From contig JBEHWI010000011.1 in the NCBI GenBank assembly GCA_040217815.1, forward strand, positions 19,618 to 83,617: a stretch of 64,000 nt of DNA, read 5' to 3'. The number at the start of each line of letters is the position of its first letter. Within the stretch, counting starts at the first letter, position 1. Below, in pieces: positions 26,271 through 34,681 of this stretch. Below the pieces are notes generated by a model, which worked only from the letters and a program-made list of their open reading frames with translations, did not search any database and was not told where the DNA came from. Both the position numbers and the translations under genes were made by a program. The DNA comes from Syntrophomonadaceae bacterium. Its GTDB lineage: Bacteria > Bacillota > Syntrophomonadia > Syntrophomonadales > Syntrophomonadaceae.

Positions 26271-27866
26271 TTATGGACCGACATATTGATCATTTACCCA
26301 TTTGCCTTGCTGCTTGGTTCTATCGGGCAATACCATTACACCTGCACCGTCTCTTACACCATTCTTAAAGTCCCCTTCATAATAGCTATGGTCAGCCCAT
26401 GTATATCGCCCCTTACCGTTTTTCTCGGAATGTTTAAATTCCCCATTGTATTCGGAACCATCGGAATAATCCATATAGCCTTTGCCTTCTCTTTCATCGT
26501 CTTTAAAATCTCCGCTGTAATTCGTACCATCTGGCCACCAATAAAAGCCTCTTCCGTTCATTTTTCCGTTTTTAAAAGTACCACAGAAATACTCTCCGTT
26601 AGGCCATTCATAAATGCATTCCTCAACAATCTGGCTGGGGGGATAGGGCCATACGTAGATCACCGATCCTCCCCATGGGGCATGGGAGCGGGTCGTGCTT
26701 AAGGACTGGCCGTTTTTGGCCGTATTTATGCTGGTGCTGATGTCAAGAGATAAATTCCACGGCAGTGTCACCCAGGGGCTTTTCGGGTCATCAAGCAATT
26801 TCTTTACCACAGTTTTCAGGTCAGGATTATCAGCGCCGCTCCAAAATTTGCGCCCCAGGAGGTAGTTGTCGGCTAAATCCTGCCAGGAGGTAAAAGTGGA
26901 TTGCAGCAATTTGGCTGCTGACATAATTTCATTCCAGGCTTCTTGCTGGGAGAGATATCCTGCGGTATAAGACCATTCGGTTAAACACACCAATCGGCTA
27001 TAGTCCCAACCTATTAGAGTTTTTGTCCCTAAGATTTCACTATTCTCTTTAACAAACATCAAATCATTCAGTAGTTGAGGGTTGTCTTGGCAGTCATCCA
27101 GCATCTTTTGATACTCTGTAGATGTTGTACCAGATAAAACCTCCAATATCTCGTTATAATAAGATCTATGCCCGTCCTTTTTAATCCAGGCAATACTTTT
27201 CAGAGCATCTTCACGGGTTTTTATGCCCCACCCCTGGGACAACATAGATTTCACAGCAGCAGCATATTCGGGGGTGAATTGCCCTCCGCCTAAAAGGGTC
27301 AGACTCATTCCATTAGCTTCTTTTACAATTGCCGACGTAGCCAGAGCCCAAAGCTGCTGGTCGTTTTGAGCAGTTATGTTATTGGAAGTAGACCCTGTCT
27401 GGTCTGCTGAACCCTTCGCTAAACTCAAACGTACTGTCGACGACATGTAATGGGCTAAAAAATTCAGCGGTACCATGGTATACCCGTTCATATTTTGGGC
27501 AGGTGCGTTGAGAAGATGGCATTGTTCATCCTCCAATGTTCCGTACTCACTCCCATTAGTTAGTACTATGGTACGCCCAAGACTCTTAATTACTGTATTG
27601 GGATCATTATATTGAACTTCGAAATCGAGGGCTTGAGCGAAAGAGTTTAATGGAACCAGGACCAGTCCATTCTCAAAGATGGGCTTTTGTCCGGAAAATT
27701 GCACCGGCTGGTCATTTACCGTAACAGAGATATCGCTGCCGTTGCGGACTACGTTTATAGAGTTTAGAGTAGTCTTATCTGCGGCGTTAACCAAAAAGAG
27801 TGATGTAGAATAGAGAACGAATAAAAGACAGGTTAATCTTTTTAAATTTAATTTGTATATTTTCAT
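26271..27866 (-). CDS. secreted protein: copper-amine-oxidase-N stalk domain(s) + DUF1266 + C-terminal MORN repeats
   Basis: A signal peptide is present. The stalk motifs are 'FENGLVLVPLNSFAQALDFEV' and 'NGYTMVPLNFLAHYMSS'. The DUF1266-like core reads 'GWDYSRLVCLTEWSYTAGYLSQQEAW'. Five or six MORN units follow ('Y.G.FK.G...G.G'). Confidence 0.8.
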   Translation of the reverse strand: MKIYKLNLKRLTCLLFVLYSTSLFLVNAADKTTLNSINVVRNGSDISVTVNDQPVQFSGQKPIFENGLVLVPLNSFAQALDFEVQYNDPNTVIKSLGRTIVLTNGSEYGTLEDEQCHLLNAPAQNMNGYTMVPLNFLAHYMSSTVRLSLAKGSADQTGSTSNNITAQNDQQLWALATSAIVKEANGMSLTLLGGGQFTPEYAAAVKSMLSQGWGIKTREDALKSIAWIKKDGHRSYYNEILEVLSGTTSTEYQKMLDDCQDNPQLLNDLMFVKENSEILGTKTLIGWDYSRLVCLTEWSYTAGYLSQQEAWNEIMSAAKLLQSTFTSWQDLADNYLLGRKFWSGADNPDLKTVVKKLLDDPKSPWVTLPWNLSLDISTSINTAKNGQSLSTTRSHAPWGGSVIYVWPYPPSQIVEECIYEWPNGEYFCGTFKNGKMNGRGFYWWPDGTNYSGDFKDDEREGKGYMDYSDGSEYNGEFKHSEKNGKGRYTWADHSYYEGDFKNGVRDGAGVMVLPDRTKQQGKWVNDQYVGP

Positions 27867-28158
27867 GGGACTAAAGCCTCCTATAATATGATAATTTATA
27901 TTATACCATTAAATACAAGACAAGGAATAGAAAACTAAAAGAGTATTTATTTTGTATAGCTGCCTTTTGTCAGAGGTCTCCTTGTGGCTCGGTGAAAGTT
28001 CTATTCTAATAATAAAATTTGATTGGGCCAAGAACTGTTTTTCTGGGATGTGCAGGTGGGTAGAGGGCCTTGTGAAGTATCAGCAGCTTGCTGGTGATTT
28101 ATCAGCTGGCAGTCTCTGATAAAAAATAATGTTGAGCCTGGGTTCGGGATTAAACAGT

Positions 28159-28186
28159 AAAAGGGGGCGCTTGTTTCGCCCCCTGG
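28159..28186 (-). terminator. rho-independent terminator
   Basis: The minus strand reads CAGGGGGCG-AAACAA-CGCCCCCTTTT. Confidence 0.65.
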
Positions 28187-28218
28187 TTTTGTACGCTATG
28201 AGGTGAGATTTTAAGCAG

Positions 28219-28329
28219 CTATTTACGGGCTCCTGGTTTTGCAGTAGAAGGGTTTCGTTTATTTTTTCTAAACTGGCCTGTGTATTCATCCCAGGGTTTA
28301 TCATCTATGGCTATCCATAAGAAGCACAT
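28219..28329 (-). CDS. candidate 36-aa small protein (MCFLWIAIDDKPWDEYTGQFRKNKRNPSTAKPGARK)
   Basis: It is not in the ORF track because it is shorter than 60 aa. The ATG lies 7 nt after AAAAGGAGG and a terminator lies ~35 nt after the stop. It sits 77 nt downstream of ldh. Confidence 0.35.
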   Translation of the reverse strand: MCFLWIAIDDKPWDEYTGQFRKNKRNPSTAKPGARK

Positions 28330-28405
28330 AATAATACCTCCTTTTATTATTCTTCAATATTTTCCCCTAAGAGAGGTTTATTATGAGGCGGCTAAACCGG
28401 CTTCC

Positions 28406-29359
28406 CTAAATTTGTTCTGCTAAAACAATATGCCTGCGAATCACATCACAGGATTCACCAAACAGCTTCTGTTCTTCTACGCTTAAATGCAGTTCGACTA
28501 TCTCTTCCAGGCCGTTTTTTCCGATAACAGCCGGTACTCCGGCATGCAGACCGCTTTGCCCGTATTCTCCTTCCAGCAAGGCCGATACCGGCATAACCCG
28601 GTGTTCATCATGGAAAATGGCTTTTACCATATCAGCCAGGACGGAGCCGATGCCGAATTCGGTGGAGCCTTTTCCGTTTATGATATCCATACCTATCAGG
28701 TGGGTGCGCTCTAAAACATGAACCAAATCCAGCTTGCCGTAAGTAGCCGGCTTTTCCTCCATTAACTCCCGTAAGGGCTTGCCGCCGATACTGGCCTGAG
28801 AAAATGGAATCATGCTGGAGTCGCCGTGCTCTCCAAGGGAGAAACACTGAATGCTGCGGGCGTCTATCCCGGTTTCTTCCTGCAACACCCTTCGTAGCCG
28901 GGCAGTATCCAGTGAGGTGCTGGTGCCAAAAACCCGGTTTTGGGGCCATCCGGTATGCCTTCGCATATAATCGGCGATGACGTCGGCCGGGTTGGAAATG
29001 CAGATCAATATTCCTTCAAACCCCGAGTTTTTTAAAGGGTCAATGATCTCCTTCATTACCCGGATGGAATCACCCATGGTGTCAAGCCTGGTCTGTCCGG
29101 GTTTTCTAGGAACTCCTGCTGATAAAACAACGATCGCCGCATCCCTGCAGTCCGTATAATCACCAGTCCTTATGATGGCGGGGTGAGGCATAAAGCAGGC
29201 CGCATCGGCTATATCAGCGGCCTGCGCAGCCGCTTTTGGTTCATCTATGTCAATGAACACAATCTCACTGGCGTCTCCCCGGGTCAATAAACTAAAGGCA
29301 CAGTGAGAGCCCACGTGGCCGGCGCCGATAATCACGATTTTTCTGGATTGAACCAACAT
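28406..29359 (-). CDS. ldh: L-lactate dehydrogenase (LDH/MDH superfamily)
   Basis: 'KIVIIGAGHVGSHCAF' NAD-binding motif and the 'SLGEHGDSSMIP' catalytic His loop. 317 aa. Confidence 0.85.
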   Translation of the reverse strand: MLVQSRKIVIIGAGHVGSHCAFSLLTRGDASEIVFIDIDEPKAAAQAADIADAACFMPHPAIIRTGDYTDCRDAAIVVLSAGVPRKPGQTRLDTMGDSIRVMKEIIDPLKNSGFEGILICISNPADVIADYMRRHTGWPQNRVFGTSTSLDTARLRRVLQEETGIDARSIQCFSLGEHGDSSMIPFSQASIGGKPLRELMEEKPATYGKLDLVHVLERTHLIGMDIINGKGSTEFGIGSVLADMVKAIFHDEHRVMPVSALLEGEYGQSGLHAGVPAVIGKNGLEEIVELHLSVEEQKLFGESCDVIRRHIVLAEQI

Positions 29360-29482
29360 AAGCCATACCTGATGTTAGAACCAGGCATTATTCACCTCTT
29401 TCAATTAAATTAGGAAACGCAATATGTTAAATTATACTATACGCCTGCCCGGGGGCGCCCCCCCTAAGATGCATGGCGGATG

Positions 29483-30094
29483 TTACAATCCGTCCGGCAA
29501 ATTGCAGTAAAGAGCTGCGCAATCCGAACTCTGCTTTAAGGCATTTATGGTTTGGGCGTTGGGCTCTTTATAGATGACCGGAAAGTTCTTTTCGTTATAT
29601 TCCTTCCTAATGGGGAAAGCCAGCTTTTCCTCATATATCGAAAACTGAGCATTGACGCCCTCCTTATTTCCCCGGGCATCCAGCCTTATCCAGCGCTTTA
29701 GCGTTTGCAGGTAAACCGCATTTAAGGCATGAATGCAGTAGCCGGTATCGGGCGTATCGCCCAGGGTAAGCAGCTGATAACAGAAGCCGGTGGGTATGCC
29801 CCTGCTTCTTAAAATGGCGGCCAGCAAGTTCGACTTTGCATAACAAATGCCATGCGCATGGTAAAGAACTTCCGATGCTCGGCAGGTAACCCGGGAGCTC
29901 TGAATATCAAAGGAATGGGCGATTTTGTCGCGCACGAACTCAAAGGCTGTCTGCACGGTTTCTATTTCATTTGATGGCGCAGAGAATAGCTCATTCACCT
30001 TTTCCACAATCAAAGGATGACTGTAATCAACCAGATCCAGTTCGAGCAGATAATCCTGAAGGTTATGAGATTCACATACCAATTGCATACCCAA
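29483..30094 (-). CDS. transglutaminase-like cysteine protease superfamily protein
   Basis: 'HGICYAKSNLLAAILRSRGIPTGFCY' carries the catalytic Cys context, and downstream 'HA' and 'D' residues are present. 203 aa. Confidence 0.7.
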   Translation of the reverse strand: MGMQLVCESHNLQDYLLELDLVDYSHPLIVEKVNELFSAPSNEIETVQTAFEFVRDKIAHSFDIQSSRVTCRASEVLYHAHGICYAKSNLLAAILRSRGIPTGFCYQLLTLGDTPDTGYCIHALNAVYLQTLKRWIRLDARGNKEGVNAQFSIYEEKLAFPIRKEYNEKNFPVIYKEPNAQTINALKQSSDCAALYCNLPDGL

Positions 30095-30202
30095 ACCACC
30101 TGCCTAAATGCATAAAAATACGTAATGATGTATAAATATAGTATCATGCTCGCAGCCATATGGCCAATACTTTTCCGCCAGGGGATTGAGTGTGGGCAGC
30201 TC

Positions 30203-30237
30203 AAGGAAAGAGCATCTTCCAGGCGTGGAAGATGCTC
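30203..30237 (-). terminator. rho-independent terminator after the Com-like gene
   Basis: The minus strand reads GAGCATCTTCCA-CGCC-TGGAAGATGCTC (12-bp stem) followed by TTTCCTT. Confidence 0.7.
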
Positions 30238-30288
30238 CAAATTATATGGGGACTTCTAGAAGGTTATACGGAACCTGGGGCCGGTTAT

Positions 30289-30483
30289 TCAGGCCTTTGA
30301 ATTGACCAGGGGCAACTCCTTGGTGGAGGCCCGGATATTATGGTGGGGGCTCCCATCTTCTTCCTGGATTTCGCTGCTGAAATTATACAGATGAACCTGG
30401 CCGCAGCGGGGACATTTTATCTCAGCAATTCCATGCAACAGCCCAACCAGTCTGTTGCATCTCGGGCATCGGCACTGAAACAT
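30289..30483 (-). CDS. small zinc-ribbon protein resembling phage Mu Com (zf-Com-like)
   Basis: 64 aa. 'CPRCNRLVGLLHGIAEIKCPRCGQV' has two CxxC pairs with Com-like spacing and the 'EIKCPRC' context. The SD GGGGGGAGGAG is very strong. Confidence 0.6.
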   Translation of the reverse strand: MFQCRCPRCNRLVGLLHGIAEIKCPRCGQVHLYNFSSEIQEEDGSPHHNIRASTKELPLVNSKA

Positions 30484-30618
30484 AATGATACTCCTCCCCC
30501 CTATTTAGCGACACCTCCTCAGGCATCACTAAAATCTGTCTCTCTAACCTATGGATTTCACGACTGTTTGAGAATGAAGCCCTGTTTTTAAAAACCTGTA
30601 GGATTATCTATTTAATAG

Positions 30619-30635
30619 AGCAATTATCATGCCAA
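30619..30635 (-). promoter_or_regulatory. sigma-54 (-24/-12) promoter
   Basis: The minus strand reads TTGGCATGATAATTGCT (TGGCAT-N5-TTGCT, GG-N10-GC spacing). It lies ~135 nt upstream of the Com-like ATG and next to a sigma-54 EBP gene. Confidence 0.7.
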
Positions 30636-30728
30636 CCGCACCAGGGGGATGGCTTTTTAAAATCGAGGCCTATTTTACGGCATTTTACCGTTTGGCTTTA
30701 GACAGTATAAATAAGACTGATTAAAAAC

Positions 30729-30868
30729 TTGTTGAGACTTTGCAGCAAGTTATGATGATGGTTTTTTACTACCGTCTTTTGCAAACTTAAAATTATCTTA
30801 GAAAAAAGGGGAATAGTGCCTCCCGGACAGGGTTTGTTTCATACGGTTTTGATGCAGTTTCTCAACAA
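30729..30868. promoter_or_regulatory. pair of inverted TTGTTGAGA half-sites (candidate UAS for the EBP)
   Basis: TTGTTGAGA at 30729-30737 and TCTCAACAA at 30860-30868. They lie ~100 and ~230 bp upstream of the -24 element. Confidence 0.45.
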
Positions 30869-30895
30869 GATTTGGGGTTGCTTGGAGATTTGAAT

Positions 30896-32992
30896 TTAAT
30901 CCTGGGCCAGCCTGGTGACGTTGTATTTGGCTGCTTTTCTCACTATCGTAGCCGCGTCAACCTTCAGTTCTCCGGCCATCTGCCGGGTGGTGCGGTATTT
31001 GGCAAAGGCTTTTTCGATGAGCTGTTTTTCCACGCTTTCCACCGCTGTCTTCAGCGGTATAATGCCCGAAACCAGCACGTAGGCCGAGTTGTTGCCCACC
31101 GCGCTGCGGATGTGTACTGGCAGTTCTTCCTCGGTAATGCTGTCGTGCGGGGTTATGACGATCAGCCTTTCCACCAGGTTTTCCAGCTCCCGGATGTTGC
31201 CCGGCCAGTTGTACTCCATAAACAGGTCCACCACCCCCGGGCTTATTGTCTTGCTCATGCGGTATTTCTTATTGAAAATCTGTATGAAATGAGCGACCAG
31301 GGCGGGGATGTCTTCCTTCCTTTCCCGCAGGGGGGGAGTGTGGATGGGAACCACGTTCAACCGGTAATACAGGTCTTCCCGGAATTGTTTGTTTCGGACC
31401 ATTTCCATAAGGTCCCGGTTGGTTGCGGCAATAATGCGGACATCGACGCTTTTGTAGCCTTCTCCACCCACCCGGATAAATTCCTTGCTCTGCAAAAAGC
31501 GGAGGAGCTTTACCTGCAAATTCAATGGCATTTCACCGATCTCGTCCAGGAAGAGGGTTCCCTCGCTGGCCAGTTCAATGTAGCCTACTTTGCCTTCTTT
31601 TCTCGCTCCGGTGAAGGCGCCCCGGTCGTAGCCGAACAGCTCTGACTCCATGAGATTCTCGGGGATGGCTCCGCAGTTGACCTTTATAAGCGGCTTATCC
31701 TGCCGTTCGCTGTTGCTGTGCATGATTTCCGCGATCAGTTCTTTGCCGGTTCCCGATTCACCGGTTATCAATATGGTGGAATCGACCGACGCCAGGCGGA
31801 TGACCGTGTCGACCATTTTCCTCATCTGGGCGGAGCTGACCACCATCTTTTCGCTGCTGGTCATTTTCAAGGAGCGGAGTTGGCTTTCATAGTGCTGGCT
31901 CAAGCCCTGGACCTGTTCCAGCTTCTGCCTCAACATGTTCAGTTCGGTCAAATCCCTGACATTGCATACCACCCGAATGATCTCGCCATTGGTGTCAAAT
32001 ATAGGGTTTCCGGTGGTCAGGGTGATCTTGCCGGTCTTGCTTTCCTGAACCAGGGTGATGGGCTTCTTTTCCTCCAGGACATGAAAGGTGACCGGTTCGG
32101 AGATAATTCCGTCCCGTCTTATGTCTTCCACAGTCCGTCCCAGGTACTCGTGGGCGTTGATGCCGGTCAACTGTTCAAAGGCCTTGTTGTATCTCAAAAC
32201 TACGCCTTTCCCATCAGAGATGAACAAACCGTCAAAGGATGAATTGACTATGGCGTGGAGCTCTTCATTCAACTCTTTGACGTATTGCAGCTCCCGGGAT
32301 ATCTTGTCAAGGTCCGATATATCCTGAAACACGGCTACCGCACCGGTGATCTTGCCGTCCTTTTTAATGGGGGAGCGGTTGGATACATACCAGGAGCCCC
32401 TCAATATTACCTTCTGCATGGGTTCGGCTTCGCCGGTTTTGACCACGTCGATCATGTTGCTTTCCGGGAAGACGTCTCTGATGTTGCGCCCCATGACATC
32501 CTCCGCCTTCTCACAAAAGACCTGTTCAGCCGCCCGGTTAAAAACCTTTATCATCCCCGTTTCATCGATGGAGACGATCATATTGTGGGTGGAATTAATG
32601 ATGGTGTCCAGTTCCAGGGAAATGGCGTTGTAGGAGTTGAAAAAGGCTTTGGCAATGTCCTCGCGGGTGACCATACCCACCAGCCGGCCGCTGTCGTCGA
32701 TTACGGGAAGCGCCCGCAGGGTTGAAGCGGTAGCCTGTCCGAACTCGTCGTCGGGATGACTGGGTGCAATATCCCGGTTCATTAACTCACCGATGGGAGC
32801 ATTCAGGTCCTTTCCCTCAGTAAGGTACTGGTAAATGTGATTATTGGTAAACAACCCTACCAGATGGCCGTTTTCATCAATGACTGGCGCGGCGTCAACG
32901 TTTTGCTCCATAAAAATGGTGATGGCCTCGTGTATAGCTTGCCGTGGATTTAAGGTTGCCGGCTCCAGAGTCATGATCTCTCGTATTTTCAT
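30896..32992 (-). CDS. sigma-54-dependent transcriptional activator (CBS pair - PAS - PAS - AAA+ - Fis-type HTH)
   Basis: 698 aa. The N-terminal CBS pairs read 'DAAPVIDENGHLVGLFT' and 'ALPVIDDSGRLVGMVTREDI'. Walker A is 'ITGESGTGKE', 'ESELFGY' is present, and the GAFTGA loop reads 'GAFTGA'. A C-terminal HTH follows. Confidence 0.9.
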   Translation of the reverse strand: MKIREIMTLEPATLNPRQAIHEAITIFMEQNVDAAPVIDENGHLVGLFTNNHIYQYLTEGKDLNAPIGELMNRDIAPSHPDDEFGQATASTLRALPVIDDSGRLVGMVTREDIAKAFFNSYNAISLELDTIINSTHNMIVSIDETGMIKVFNRAAEQVFCEKAEDVMGRNIRDVFPESNMIDVVKTGEAEPMQKVILRGSWYVSNRSPIKKDGKITGAVAVFQDISDLDKISRELQYVKELNEELHAIVNSSFDGLFISDGKGVVLRYNKAFEQLTGINAHEYLGRTVEDIRRDGIISEPVTFHVLEEKKPITLVQESKTGKITLTTGNPIFDTNGEIIRVVCNVRDLTELNMLRQKLEQVQGLSQHYESQLRSLKMTSSEKMVVSSAQMRKMVDTVIRLASVDSTILITGESGTGKELIAEIMHSNSERQDKPLIKVNCGAIPENLMESELFGYDRGAFTGARKEGKVGYIELASEGTLFLDEIGEMPLNLQVKLLRFLQSKEFIRVGGEGYKSVDVRIIAATNRDLMEMVRNKQFREDLYYRLNVVPIHTPPLRERKEDIPALVAHFIQIFNKKYRMSKTISPGVVDLFMEYNWPGNIRELENLVERLIVITPHDSITEEELPVHIRSAVGNNSAYVLVSGIIPLKTAVESVEKQLIEKAFAKYRTTRQMAGELKVDAATIVRKAAKYNVTRLAQD

Positions 32993-33285
32993 TGCCTCAC
33001 TCCCTATCTATTAGCAATGGGAACAACACACTTCCAATGCCATGCCGATCCTGTTACAGGTCATTTGAGGTTCAAATGGTAAGTAAAGACGCCGTGTGGA
33101 ATAACGATGGGCTGCAGAATAGAACTATCAAATGAGTGGGACGGCTCTGTTCATAGATTACATGCCGATCTGGTAGAGATTCATTGTGGTCCTTACTATT
33201 AAATACACGCAACTTTTGTGCCAGGATTTAACGAAAGACGCAATTTACAGATACACAGACCTTAAACGGATGTCATCGGTTCAGT

Positions 33286-33358
33286 TTGTTGAGAAGCTTT
33301 GTTCCGTTATTATAATGTTTGTTGCAATAGTACAGCAGTTGTTGAGATTTCTCAACAA
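33286..33358. promoter_or_regulatory. TTGTTGAGA site plus a perfect palindrome TTGTTGAGA-TT-TCTCAACAA upstream of the EBP gene
   Basis: One half-site at 33286-33294 and a 20-bp perfect palindrome at 33339-33358. The 9-mer is the same one found at 30729 and 30860. Confidence 0.5.
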
Positions 33359-33463
33359 AATCGCCTCGAATAGTATTACCTATATTTCGCCACTTTTTTG
33401 CATTCCGATCATAAAAAACGACGTTCAATCACCCTGGGGTATTTAAGTGATTATACAGATGGA

Positions 33464-33507
33464 GTTTGTTGCAGAACTTCGCATCTTGCTGCGGAACTGC
33501 AACAAAC
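33464..33507. repeat. long hairpin / inverted repeat GTTTGTTGCAG-N22-CTGCAACAAAC
   Basis: The 11-bp perfect arms carry a TTGTTGCAG core related to the TTGTTGAGA motif. On the plus strand TTGTTTT follows. Confidence 0.5.
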
Positions 33508-34077
33508 TTGTTTTAGAAAGACGACCCTGGTGGCAAATTTGAAAACACCTGAATAATCTAGTAGTAGGAATCATCTGGTTGAGGCAGACAGGTGGTGACA
33601 GGTAATGTTCAGGCGCTTAATGTGCTGGCTGTTGGGGCATGAGATGTTTCCCCACCTTGACCGGAATGCAGCTCAAATTGACTATTACTTCTGCAGCCGA
33701 TGCGGGTTCAGGGAGCAGGTGCATCAGGCAAAGTAGCCGCCAGCAGGAGGAGCCCCCGAGTACAGAGTCGCTTGCTATCCAGAGGGACAAGACCATATCC
33801 TTAAAAAATAAAGGCCAGTGTGCGGTCATATTACATTACAATATGTAACGAAACATAGACCGGGTGTAAATATATAATGACTTTAAATGATAATGGGAAG
33901 GGTTTTATATAGCATAGGGCTTGCGCTTATATTGGACCGGCGGAAATTTTCTGCACGGTACTTTTATTTGCGGTACAGTGACTACTAATAGATTTGGGAA
34001 TTTTTACTTGAACTAAGCACTATGCATGTAGTATATATATAAGTATTAAATATATTATTATAGGCGGCGGTGATATA

Positions 34078-34626
34078 GTGGCCAAGATGAATAGAACGAA
34101 ATATGCAATTCTAGGCGTTTTAAATGAAAGACCGGCATCCGGGTATGATGTTAAAAAATTCTGTGACAATATAGCGTATTTCTGGAACGAAAACTACAGC
34201 CACATCTACCCGGTCCTCAAACAGATGGAGGAGGAGGGGCTGGTTACCAAAAAAACTGAACAAACTGAGGGAAGGCCGCCTCGAAACGTTTTCTCCATTA
34301 CCCCGGAGGGAAGAGAAGAGTTCGTAAAATGGCTGATGCTTCCCGTGGAACCTAATATTCTACGGGCAGAAATTTTGCTTAAATTACTGTTTTCCAACAA
34401 TATACCGGTTGACAACATGGTAGAAAAGCTGGAAAACAAAGTTGAGGAACAGAAGCGGATCAGGAATTATTTGGATAACGCAGAAGAAGAGATAAAAGAA
34501 CTGATTAAGACGGAGAGAAAACGCAAGTCATGGCTGTCGGTTATCAAATGGGGTAAGACCATATCTGATGCTACCATAGGATGGTGCGAGGAGACTATTC
34601 AAGTATTAAAGGAAGATGAGGAATAG
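34078..34626 (+). CDS. PadR family transcriptional regulator
   Basis: 'KYAILGVLNERPASGYDVKKFCDN...YSHIYPVLKQMEEEGLV' forms the winged helix, followed by a C-terminal coiled-coil domain. The start is the GTG at 34078 or the ATG at 34087. Confidence 0.85.
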   Translation: MAKMNRTKYAILGVLNERPASGYDVKKFCDNIAYFWNENYSHIYPVLKQMEEEGLVTKKTEQTEGRPPRNVFSITPEGREEFVKWLMLPVEPNILRAEILLKLLFSNNIPVDNMVEKLENKVEEQKRIRNYLDNAEEEIKELIKTERKRKSWLSVIKWGKTISDATIGWCEETIQVLKEDEE

Positions 34627-34681
34627 AATTATCCTGCATCCAGGTAAATAGTAATAACAACCATCGATAGGGGGATTGAAC

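Noticed and set aside
28080-28304. 74-aa minus-strand ORF from the track.
   Set aside because: It has no SD, spans the terminator hairpin, and has an implausible composition. The shorter, well-signalled 36-codon frame (28219..28329) is preferred.
30872-32725. Plus-strand ORFs of 80-257 aa inside the sigma-54 activator gene: 30872..31645, 31718..32242, 32255..32725 and others.
   Set aside because: They are antisense to a gene with unambiguous AAA+/GAFTGA motifs. Their translations are His/Gly/Val-rich with no motifs.
33186-33848. ORFs 33186..33446 (+), 33617..33829 (-) and 33639..33848 (+) in the large gap.
   Set aside because: They have no SD or motifs and overlap regulatory repeats or each other. 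They are treated as non-coding or possible remnants.
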